Source of the DNA: Catajapyx aquilonaris
Taxonomy: Eukaryota
Assembly (NCBI GenBank): GCA_000934665.2
Contig: KZ539146.1
Location: 1-32,236 of the forward strand
Reading direction: 5' to 3'
DNA: 32,236 bases
A program made the position numbers and the translations under genes. The notes beneath the pieces are model-generated. The model had not been told where the DNA came from, searched no databases, and saw only the letters and a list, made by a program, of their open reading frames with translations. Each line of letters opens with the position of its first letter. The stretch's first letter is position 1. Of this stretch, positions 11,870 through 22,485 are shown in pieces.

Positions 11870-12439
11870 CAGGGTGCTCAAAAACTCGCGGAAAGTCGAC
11901 AGGTAGCCTGATAGGACTCGCAAAACTAATATAGGGATGTGGAAGTAGTTTTGGGATAACTTGCATAGTTTTTGCGTACGACGCCTTCAAGATTTCGGCA
12001 GTTTCATGACGTAACATCCGCCTTGAGGCCCCCATTGCGTCATCATACATCTTGTTGTGGCTGTTGCCATTGGCACTGATTATTATTGTTGCGAATATTG
12101 TCAACTGTGATTGTTGAGAAATAAACAACGATTTCAGTCTGGCAATTGTCGACTGGCTACAGATATACAAGCTGAAATCGTTGTTTATTTCTCAACAATC
12201 ACAGTTGACAATATTCGCAACAATAATAATCAGTGCCAATGGCAACAGCCACAACAAGATGTATGATGACGCAATGGGGGCCTCAAGGCGGATGTGACGT
12301 CATGAAACTGCCGAAATCTTGAAGGCGTCGTACGCAAAAACTATGCAAGTTAGCCCAAAACTACTTCCACATCCCTATATTAGTTTTGCGAGTCCTATCA
12401 GGCTACCTGGCGACTTTCCGCGAGTTTTTGAGCACCCTG
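11870..12439. mobile_element. Near-perfect palindromic MITE
   Basis: TA|CAGGGTGCTC...GAGCACCCTG|TA; 268-bp arms (11870-12137, 12172-12439), 34-bp spacer, 3 mismatches by manual comparison. Confidence 0.92.
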
Positions 12440-13051
12440 TATAGTCTGGTAGCTTGCCCCCTTGGGTAACTGGTTGTTTACTGCTATCCTTTTACATATG
12501 TTGCCATGGTGATTGCCCACGGGCAAGCTTGCCCTGGGTCACCAGACTAGGGGCCCAAATGTTGTTTGCAGTAATGAAAGATATAGATGATGGATTACAA
12601 CTGATTGCTTTGGATTTAGTATTGATCATGCAACCAGGCATAAGACCATTCAAACGATAATTAAGAAGGAATTGCATGTAGGAGGAAAAAATTGAAGGAC
12701 GAGATGGTTAACATCATATTTCCTGATGACTTCTTTGATTAATTATTGTGATGAATACTTTTGCTGTCAGGTGTACAGAAGCCCTGAAGGGCAAACTTGT
12801 AGGGGAGACCGGGGCACAGTGGTCCAAGTTTGAACATTTGAATTTTTATAAGAGCTGCTGTTATATTTCCACACCCAATATTTTCCGGCATGGTGGAGGT
12901 ACTCTGGTAATATAAGTGACTAATATATTCACAGGTTGTGCCATCTCTTTGGCTTAAATAAGTTTTAGAAACTGCCCTATGCAAATGGACCACTGTACCC
13001 TGATACCAGGGCGCAGCGTTATTTGGGAATGATATAAACATTCTTCCCTAG

Positions 13052-14066
13052 GTTGACATAGAAATAAATGGGGAGCCAGTGGACATCCACATGAAGCTCG
13101 GGGAGGCTGGGGAAGCTTTCTTTGTGGAAGAGCTAGAGCAGGAAGAGGACTGTCCAGCCCACCTGGCTACATCCCCTATCCCCTCCTCAACATACCTTGA
13201 TCAGCTTCCCTCCATACGTGATGCCTCCCCTGAGGAAGCCCTGAGCACCCTCACTATTACTGGTGAATCCACTGCAGAGCAACAATCTGGCAAGCTGTCA
13301 CCTCCTAAATGTGATGCTGCTATTCAGACTGAAGGAGAAGATGCAGAAGCAGAGGAAACTCAGGCTGAACCTGAAGAACCACCTAATGTAGATGTTGAAG
13401 GGGAGGCAAGAATGCCTGCACAAGTCAGTCACCGTCGACAAGAGTCACAAAAGCGAAAGAAGAGGCGCCGGGGTGTGACGGGCCCAAGCCCATCTCTTAA
13501 TGGACCTGGGTCTGTGCGTAAGCGCTCTTTGCAGCAACAGTCATATAGTCGTGAAGAAGATCAGTTTGAAATGGAGGATGTAGATAATCCTGATGTGGGA
13601 CGTGGCCTAGGTCGGTCTGCAACTGTTGGTGCAGCTCTGGGACAGGCTGACATGCCAGAACCAGATGAAAATAATGAGGGGACCTGGTCCCGACGGATGA
13701 GCCGCTCAATGGGGCCAAACTTTCACTTCTTCAGTGACACTGAGGTGAGCCCTGTTGGAAGTCCACTAGGTTCACGACCCTCCTCACCAGTACAGTCTGA
13801 CACTGAGTATGAGAGGCAACATAGCATTGCCATTCAGACTGAAGGGGGAGGAGTGGTGGCAAGGGAAGGGGTACATGAATCACAGCAAGCTTCATGGAAG
13901 TGGGGAGAGCTTCCATCAACAACAGGGACATCAGGTATGCCCACTCCTATGATGAGGCCGCACCAAAATTCCAATGATGCATCCAGAACCAGAAATGGAG
14001 ATGACATTGTGTCTAGTGATGAAGATGATGCGGCAGCCATGGCTGCTGCACAGAAGGAACAGAAAG
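13052..14066 (+). CDS. Lpin: Lipin coding exon 2 (end of N-LIP, polybasic [25 protein letters not shown] motifs)
   Basis: [36 protein letters not shown] at 13050-13051, GT at 14067, phase 0 to 1. Confidence 0.95.
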
Positions 14067-14498
14067 GTGAGAAAGGTTTAACTCTGGTGGAAAATGGCGC
14101 CAAAATTTACCTTTGAGATGAGTGTGTCAGTACATTAATAGGTACAATAGTTCAGAGTATGAGTGCATACTTGACATGGAAGTAGCAGTTGTAGCCCCTT
14201 GCTTTGTGCATCCATGATATTATCTGCAGGTTTTTAGTTGATACAGTGTTCTGTGGTATTTATTCATTTATATCACAAAATGTCCCTAATTGAAGGCAGA
14301 GCCCGGAGTAGTCAAAGACCTACAAGAATGCTTTGGTGCATTCATTAATCATCTTGCATGACAATATACAGGAACCAAGTCAGATTACTGACTGTGGATT
14401 TAAAATAAAAAATAAAAAAAGGAACAATGGCAGTGAAGATATTTGTGTGATTATTACTGCAATGTTACTGGTGGAGTTTTTTCAATTTTGTCTTGTAG

Positions 14499-14921
14499 CT
14501 GCCCAGCAGCGTTGGCTCTTAGGTGGCATGTTCAACTTTATGCGCAAGACAAAGCATCAGAGAGCAGCAGAGGGTGTTTACTTGGATGACTTGAAACTAG
14601 AGGAGCTGGACCCCCAACAGACTGCCCTTTATTTCCCAGCCTCCTACCGAACAGGTCCCAACTCAAAAGACACGACAACTTCAGCCTCTCCTGACCCTAC
14701 TCCAGAACTTTCAACACCAACAACACAGACCACAGCTATTCCTGCAAATGATGAGGACAATGAGTCTGGTCAGGGAACCTCCTTACCACAATCTCCACAT
14801 GGAAGTCTGGATGGCATTGAGAATGGTGTTGGAGTGTCTGGCCCAAAATCACTTGACTCGGACTTTGAGGATGGAAGGGCTAATTCAGCTGTTGCCTTTT
14901 CCCTCTGTGGATGGGAGATGG
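14499..14921 (+). CDS. Lpin: Lipin coding exon 3
   Basis: EGVYLDDL...ALYFP, ESGQGTSLPQSP, SLCG; AG at 14497-14498, GT at 14922, phase 1 to 1. Confidence 0.93.
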
Positions 14922-15019
14922 GTATGTAGTCCTTGGTGGTTTGTTCATGTGGTTATTTTGTGCTAGGACACGTAGGACATTTTTACTCTGACCCCTTGCT
15001 TATTTTGCCACTACCTAGT

Positions 15020-15225
15020 CCAGCATGTAGTGGATCCTCGTAAAATTTGCTCCATCACATTGGACTGGTTTGTTTCAGCTGTGAAGGGGAGCAGGCATGT
15101 GAAGGCCAGCCATTATGGCCACACACTTTAGTCACCCCCATCCACTGGGTCTATGCACCTATTTCTTCTCAAGGCAAAACCAGATAAGATACAGGACAAT
15201 TTTGTCTGCCTTCACTACATGCTGG
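15020..15225. mobile_element. Small MITE, superfamily unassigned
   Basis: TIR CCAGCATGTAGTG / CACTACATGCTGG flanked by TAGT on both sides. Confidence 0.55.
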
Positions 15226-15608
15226 TAGTACCTCGGGTAGTACACTACTGGAAAAGACTGCCTTGTACTGGCTGAAAATGCATGTGCAGGTGAAACCATG
15301 CATGAGAGTGAGTTGATTCATGCCAGCTTCCACCCACATCTGCATAGAGCACTGCTTTCAGTAGCATAGGTTTGATGCCACTTGCTCTTTTACCACATCA
15401 CTGTTGAGGATGTCAAAGTTATTAAAACTGAGCCTATTACAATCTTCAATATACAGTAAATTATTTAATGCTAATAAGTGGTATTCATAATAATGATTAC
15501 TAACCATCATGTAACAATTCGATCAAAATTCCATTTCGCAATGGAGCAGGCAATAATTTATGGGTGTATTATTCACCAATGCTGAACTTTTATTATTCTG
15601 CCCTTTAG

Positions 15609-16490
15609 GCCGTGAAGTGAAAGAGGAGTCCTTCTTGGAGCACCAAGTCCATTATGAGCAACTGGCTGAGGATCCCAATGGGATCTTGAGTGATCCTAAA
15701 CTGGTGGTGCGAGTGGGTGGTCGTTATGTGCCCTGGGGTGCTGGACAAGCAATGGTTGCCTCTCAGTTCCTGTTTGGACGTTCTTTGCCTGAACCAACAA
15801 TTCGACGTATGATGGAGGAGTTTGTGCCACCTTCACCTAATTCATCCATGAGTGAAGAAGCTTCAAAAGGGAAGGATCAAGAGGCTAAGAGAACATCATA
15901 TTCATGGTTCAGCTGGCGACGGTCTGAACCTAAAAGCACAACGCCAACCACAGCTACGGCCCCAGCCCTTGAAGAAGTTTCTGAGGTTGCTCCAGAACCA
16001 CTCCCTGTACCATCGTCTGTGCACGGTGATGAACACTATGCTGCATCAGCATCATCAGAGGAGTCTGATGGCGAGTCTGGAGGGGTTCGACGGCATGGCA
16101 TGGGTCCACCAGGAGCCAGTCCCAAAAAGCTGCCTCTGGACAAACGTCCATACTACATGCCTCCATCTTCTGAAAGGTACCGAAAGACTCTTCGCCTTTC
16201 CACAGATCAGATTGCAAGTCTGAATCTGCGGGAGGGGGCCAATGAAGTGATGTTTAGTGTGACAACAGCTTACCAGGGCACGACACGGTGCAAGTGCCAC
16301 ATCTATCGATGGAGGTATGATGACAAGATTGTGGTGAGCGACATTGATGGCACCATTACTAAGTCAGATGTCTTGGGACACATCCTGCCTATTATTGGGA
16401 GAGACTGGGCCCAAAGTGGTGTTGCCCAGCTCTTCAACAAGATTAACAACAATGGATATAAGCTGCTCTACTTGTCTGCCAGGGCTATTG
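15609..16490 (+). CDS. Lpin: Lipin coding exon 4 (M-LIP and start of C-LIP/HAD domain)
   Basis: Catalytic DIDGT at 16340-16354, LGHIL (LxxIL) motif, YLSARAIG; AG at 15607-15608, GT at 16491, phase 1 to 1. Confidence 0.97.
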
Positions 16491-17103
16491 GTAAGGTTGG
16501 GGGGCTTGATATTTGTCACACAAATGTCAAACATTTTAAAATTGTGAAATGCTAGTGGATGTACTTCTGTGATTAATTGAGATAAAGAATCCTATATTAT
16601 CCACTAGGTGGAAACTTAATTTGAAGATTTACAATATTACCCCTTATTGTGGGGATGACCAAATTTTAGAATAATCACATCTGGTCACTATGTTGGCATA
16701 CTGGTATGTACAAGGTGGTGCAGGTCAGTACTGTACAGGGTTTTTGGCTTTATTTTATCAGTACAAAAATAAGCCCAAAATATGATTCGAGTCAGAGAGT
16801 AGAGTTGCCTCCTTTCACCATCAATGTCAACAAGGTTTTACCATACCAATGGGTTACCTTACAATTCTAGAAAGTAGTTTCTGTGGGTTTCTGGCCAAGT
16901 GTATCAGGGATTTGCCCAGGGTTTTACCCAGCGCTCTGGCACAAGGGCTGAGGAATTAATCCCTGAAGTTGGACCAGTTTGCAATGCGCGAGGTCAGCCT
17001 TTACAGTGTTATCAGAAGCCTACATTGCCTAGATTACGACATTCACTGCACTGCTCAGCCGTGCATCAACACTGATACAGTCAGGAAATTTTATGAAGCT
17101 CAA

Positions 17104-17496
17104 TAGCGCGCGATACCTACATGATTTTTCTGACTCATGGTTGCAGCGTTCTTTTTGCATCACCGATGCTGGCGTCTCGCTGGATGGGCTGACCAAAATT
17201 TTCACAGCATGGCGAGAAAGATCCATTTCATTTGAGCCCCCAACGAAGTTTCGATCAATTTGCGTAATAATTGCGAGATTTCAAAAATTCCTCCCCTCTT
17301 ATGTCTCACAATTATGATCCAAATCGATCGAAACTTCGTCTGGGGCTGAATTGGATCTTCCTCGCCATGCTGTGAAAATTTCGGTCAGCACCTCCAGCGA
17401 GACGCCAGCATCGGTGATGCAAAAAGAACGCTGCACCCTGTGATTCAGCCCAACTTGGCCTGCGAGTCGGAAAAATCGCATAGGTATCATGTGCCC
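17104..17496. mobile_element. Foldback MITE with TTAA-type flank (Kolobok-like)
   Basis: Long inverted arms (TGCAGCGTTCTTTTTGCATCACCGATGCTGGCGTCTCGCTGGA); right end CCC|TTAA, left flank degenerate (TCAA). Confidence 0.75.
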
Positions 17497-17652
17497 TTAA
17501 GGGTACCATAGAATGAATTTACGGAGATCATCTTGGGCTAAATTTATCTGACATGAATGCCCAACCTGCAGTGTGGCATCATTACATTTTCAGGGTTCAG
17601 TAATTGTATGTTAATCTGACCAGTACCTTTCTCCTGCCTTTCATCCATACAG

Positions 17653-17983
17653 GCCAAGCAAGGATAACTCGTGACTACCTCCGCTCGATAAAGCAAGGTG
17701 ACCTGAGCCTCCCTGAAGGGCCATTACTGCTCAACCCAACCTCCCTGCTCAATGCCTTTCATCGGGAGGTCATCGAGAAGAAGCCTGAAGATTTCAAGAT
17801 ATCCTGCCTGAGGGATGTGCAGGCTCTTTATCCCATGCAGCGAAATCCCTTTTATGCGGGATATGGGAATAAGATCAATGATGTGTGGTCCTACAGAGCA
17901 GTGGGAATCCCTATATCGAGGATATTCACCATCAATCACCGAGGAGAGCTCAAGCATGAGCTCACACAGACCTTCCAGTCTTC
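17653..17983 (+). CDS. Lpin: Lipin coding exon 5 (C-LIP)
   Basis: GQARITRDYL...REVIEKKPEDFKISCL...FYAGYGNKIND...TQTFQS; AG at 17651-17652, GT at 17984, phase 1 to 2. Confidence 0.97.
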
Positions 17984-18757
17984 GTGAGTAAAGAATTGGA
18001 TGTTGTCCAGTGGAACTTTAGGAAAATTTTAGTTTTCAGCTAGCACTAAGCCAACTAAACTGATGTGTGGGTACTGAAGATCAGCTTGGGAGAGTCATCT
18101 CATGCCTTAGGAAGAGGGAAGAACATGTCTTCCAAGTGCCCATCTCCGGAGGCAAACTTGATTGGCATGTGCCTTCACTCCCTTAAGGTGTGAGTTGATC
18201 ATCTTAATGCAGATGCTCTATGTCCAGTGCAACAGTGTCAGATTGGTGTGCACAGTAGTAACCTGCTCTGAGTTGGCCTGCAACAAAAAATAATCTAGTT
18301 GATCTGTTGAAACTTTAAATGAAACAGCAGACTTGTTGCAGTTGCGAGGGTTGTAAACACTCTTGCAGGGATTGGAAAATATGCTCATAATTTATGCTCT
18401 TATTTTAGTATTCCAACAATGTGTGGCATTAATTTTTTTGATTGGTATCTCGTGAGATATTTTAATTTAAGCACAGGGGCTAGTATTTATTAAGCTTGCC
18501 ATACTGTATATAATGCTTCCATTGTTGATTGTTAGTAATTAGTACTAATTTAGTAGAAGGTCACAAACCCACCCTACAGCTCTTAATTATTCAGAGGAGG
18601 GGTCAAGCACTTGTACAGGGTTATACGAAATGAATGGTGCAAAAAGAAAGCTGAATTGTTCATTGTGTAATTATTGACATGTACTGTGGGGCTCATATTG
18701 TTTTGGCCACTTTATCCTGGTCTTGAAGCAACCTTCACTCACACACACACACCTAGA

Positions 18758-19294
18758 CCTGTCTTCAATAAGGTGTGGGGACGTGAAAAAGACAACGTTA
18801 CAAAGCGAGTGTAAACTAACCTAACCTACCCTAACCTACTAGGCCGAGAGAAATGGACTTTTGTGATACCCTGCAAAACGAAATAGTGGGGACATGTCCC
18901 TACTATGACGGTAATATTCTTGTGTGTGAAGCAGTTTTGCCATGTGGGGACCTAAAATGTCCCCACAATTGAGTGGGTCAGGACAATAACGGCATATCCC
19001 AACCAAGGGTCGAATTTGAGTTATTGGTAGATGTGCATGCTAGAGACATATATGAATCTGTTCCATAAGTTTTGAGAGAGTTGGGATGGGCCATTGCGTT
19101 TCTATACCCCTGTGTATGATTCACATTCCTATAACCTGTGTATGATTCACATTCCTGTAACCTCGATTATCTCAAAATCAATTGCGATTGGGATATGCCG
19201 TTATTGTCCTGACCCACTCAATTGGGTCTGCTACTGCGTCCCCAGAGTTACAGTAACACAGCTGTTTACGTCCCCACACCTTATTGAAGACAAG
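18758..19294. mobile_element. Element C: MITE flanked by (CA)n inside B
   Basis: 25-bp perfect inverted repeat TGTCTTCAATAAGGTGTGGGGACGT; (AC)n on both sides; internal GTGGGGAC and CCTAA repeats. Confidence 0.78.
18971..19219. mobile_element. Element D: Sola-like MITE inside C
   Basis: 32-bp perfect TIR GAGTGGGTCAGGACAATAACGGCATATCCCAA; AATT TSD; internal 26-bp tandem duplication at 19111-19162. Confidence 0.85.
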
Positions 19295-21016
19295 AACACA
19301 CACACATGCTCAACGTGGGGCCTGTACGAAGGGTTGCTTCAAGACCAGGATGAAGTGGCCAAAACAATTTGAGCCCCATAGTACACCAATGTTACAACAC
19401 ATGAAAAGAAAGACAAACTCTTCAAGTTTTACACCCACCTTACAAATATTCAATGTGGGTCCTGTAGGTCCTGTTTGTGTCATGGCAGATGTTAAGGCAA
19501 TAATCCATATTTATGACCAGATGTGTCCAGCATATCCTTGCATAGCAATTCGACAGTATTGCAGGTGTATTGTTTGAAGTGTCCTGGTTCTAGGATATGT
19601 CAATGACATTATCTGTCTGCCCCCATTGCCACAGAACCTGGAATACCTCAAGCAATGCATCTCCAGTATTGCTATGCAAAAATATGCTGGGTCATTTCTG
19701 GATATAAATGGATTATGGTCTTGACAGCTGCCATGTCACAAACAGTGCCAGCATTGAACATTTCTAAGGCAAGTGTAACACGCAAAAAGTGGATCTTTCT
19801 CTTCGTGTATTGAACATTGGTGTATGTCAATTACAGAATTAATATTTCAACTCTATTTTTGCACTGTCCACTTTGACTAACTGTGTACAGTATGTATAAG
19901 TATCCCAATACAGTATATCATTGTAGAAGATTAAATATTTTTTATGGGGCATTCAACAAGGGAGATTTCAGGGCCTCATGATGAAGCAATTGACAGATAT
20001 GAGAATCTGATGATACCTTTAAATAAGGCGATCCTTTAAACACACCTGGCCACTAATTTTGATGAAATGTCATAGTTCATGGGTGCGCAGGATATTGGAC
20101 ATGGTAGTGCCTGCCATGTTTTAGTCCTGAGATGAACCATGAGCATGGTCATCAGGTACCTGGTGACACAGGTAATGGGAACCAAGACGTCGTTGAGGAC
20201 AAAAAATGCTGTGCAATAAACACTGCTTGCAACTGACCAATTTATGCTGCAGTGAATAAACCGACCACACAACTCAAGCTGTGTATAGTCCTGCGTGGAA
20301 TGTGACTCCCACCAAGGAAAGCCTCCTGTATTCCACTATATCAGCACATGTACATGAGGCAGAGTGGCCAAACTGTATGGTGAGAGACAAGCACTTTGCC
20401 AAGGTAATGGTCATGACTTTTGCCTTGGCACACACTACCCTGCAGGACCCCCTGAATCTGGGAAGGTGTGTACCCATTTGGTATGCGGGATGTTGAGAGC
20501 TACCACAGAAATCAGTTCACCAGATGTCACAGGAATCAGGGCCATGTTATTACCATTTCCAGTTGACTTTGACTCATGCCTGGTCATAAAAGATGAAATG
20601 TGATGAAATGTAGGTGAGCGACGATCAACATTTTGATTAACTACCCTCAAAGGGTTGATCATTGATTATCTTGTCCATCAATGTGACATGTCATTGTTGG
20701 TCATTATTGGTCGAGGAAGTTTAAAGGGTTTCTTTATATACGCCAACATCAGATTCCCACATCTTTATTGCTTCAGAATGTGACCTGGAACTTTCTGAAT
20801 GCTTCTCAGAATGATATAACTGGTGGATAAGTCCTATACTGCCAGCCAACGTTTTGCAAGTCAGCTGCATAGTTAGTTTGTATTATCAAGATTTGAAGCA
20901 CCAGAGCACAGGGGCATCTAATTGGCAAAGCAGAAGAGAGAGTTAACTGTAACCCACACCCAATCCATAGACCCACACATGAATTGATACACCTTATGCA
21001 TGGTCGGTATGTATAG

Positions 21017-21212
21017 CTACATGGGCCAGAGTCACGAGGTGGACAAGATCTTCCCTCGTTTGCGAAGGCGATCTTCAGCAGTGGCTATCCCTGGTGTGTT
21101 CAAGCCCACACTTGTGATTGGGAGGAAGATGCGCAGGAGGAGCCGCAAGGAAATGGTGGATGATTCAGAGGCTGAGTTGAGGCGCTTGGCTGACTCTGAC
21201 ACCGATTATTGA
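21017..21212 (+). CDS. Lpin: Candidate alternative terminal exon of lipin (6a)
   Basis: AG at 21015-21016 fits the phase-2 donor at 17984; SYMGQSHEVDKIFP parallels SYSNLSYIVDHIFP of exon 6b. Pyrimidine tract is weak. Confidence 0.72.
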
Positions 21213-22193
21213 GAGAGCTCCTGTGAGACTCAGTTGGATGATTCTGAGAGATCAGAGTGACTTCATTCTAAACAGTCATATGGAACCTCCCACTAAAATG
21301 GGTCAGTTGTGGAAAACCCTCCTGCGTTAAGAGTGATGGTGCTGTGCGAGTGATATCTAATGGCATTTATTTCATCGATCCATCCACCATAACCTGTAGC
21401 ACATGTTGTCTAATTGCACTGAATGCATGTAATGTGTCCTAGTAGAATCAGAGGGAGGAGGTGAGAAAGTGTTAAACTTTCCTGTGATTTTCAGATGCAT
21501 ATTTGCATATTAAATGTTGTTATTCATTTGTTGTAAAAGTTTGTAAAAATATATGAAATATGAAATTTTCAATATCACAGATACCACCAATTGTGTCACT
21601 TCAAATTGAAGAAAAAAAAAAGTCTAATTACATGCTGTGAATTGCTGCTTAGTCAGACAATCAGAGATTTCGTCTCTAATTTGAGTTGATACTAACCCTA
21701 ACTGAACTGCCATATGCTGGCAATGAGCCATTAAAATGCTATGAAATCTTTAGATATACATACATTAGCATCAAAATTAGATATGAGGTTCAATGAACCA
21801 CATAAAAATATTTACAGCAGGTTCGTTGAAGCTGTTGGCACATTCTGATATTTCAAACAGAAGCAATGGAATGCCAAATTAGGTGGCATTGAAAGCACAT
21901 GAAATGCACAGTAGTGCTTTGGCACTTTTTCATGTCTTGTCTGAGACCCGGTATGTTTGGATCCAGTGTTTTGTCTCCAAGGGACGTAAATTGCAACTTG
22001 ATATGTCTTGTAAGGTATGGAGAAATAGGGTCCTGATTGTCAAAACATTGTTAACAATGCTTGTACATAATTATTTTGTAAATATTGGATTGGTCTAAGT
22101 TACGGAGACAAGTGTCATGAATCCAAGCTAACTTATTTCATCTGTGGCAAACTGTTCACTAGTGTGACTGGGAAATATTTTCTCTCATTGCAG

Positions 22194-22485
22194 TTACTCC
22201 AACTTGAGCTATATTGTCGACCACATCTTCCCACCTCGGGTGGGGACATTGGACATATGTCAGCCATCTGATGAATTTTCCCAGTTTGTCTACTGGCGGG
22301 ACCCTGTTCCAGAGCTTGAAGAGGTTGTGTCTGAAGTACCCATTGCATCACCCAGTCCCCAGAGTGCTTCCAGAGCAACATCGCCACATCCTGACAAATC
22401 TGAGTCATCTCCGAATACCCCTCCTCCAACCCCAACAAGCCCAAACCCTCCCACCCCTACATCCTCGCCAAGTAAAGCTAAGTAA
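22194..22485 (+). CDS. Lpin: Lipin terminal exon (6b, canonical)
   Basis: AG at 22192-22193, phase 2; YSNLSYIVDHIFPP...EFSQFVYWRDP (conserved lipin WRDP motif); TAA at 22483-22485. Confidence 0.95.

Larger units (their letters stand above)
18684..19381. mobile_element. Element B: TA-targeting MITE inside A
   Basis: ~52-bp TIR CT(G/A)TGGGGCTCA(T/A)ATTGTTTTGGCCACTT...; TA flanks. Removing it restores A's left arm. Confidence 0.8.
18616..19885. mobile_element. Outer element A: foldback built from the 3' end of a mariner-like transposase
   Basis: TA|CAGGGTTATAC start, degenerate inverted end. Transposase C-terminal relic GYVNDIICLPPLPQNLEYLKQ...DYGLDSCHVTNSASIEHF* on + (~19593-19767) and an inverted copy on - (~19440-19560). 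Confidence 0.75.

Noticed and set aside
11136..12170. Paralogous ORF pair on opposite strands
   Set aside because: Artefact of the inverted-repeat arms. The same applies to ORFs at 17029-17509 and 29512-29712.
12800..13051. MITE supplying the Lpin exon 2 acceptor
   Set aside because: An internal inverted repeat exists (~12810-12826 vs ~12986-13002), but the match at the acceptor is only ~9 bp.
19978..20010. C/D box snoRNA (ATGATGA...CTGA)
   Set aside because: Boxes are only ~33 nt apart, too short. The same applies to ~12748-12787.
20036..20700. Cluster of short ORFs as a nested gene
   Set aside because: No recognisable domain or consistent splice frame; possibly a decayed retroelement, but unsupported.
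21210..21500. Selenocysteine UGA with SECIS
   Set aside because: No convincing SECIS stem (AUGA/GA quartet with AA loop) could be built, and lipins are not known selenoproteins.
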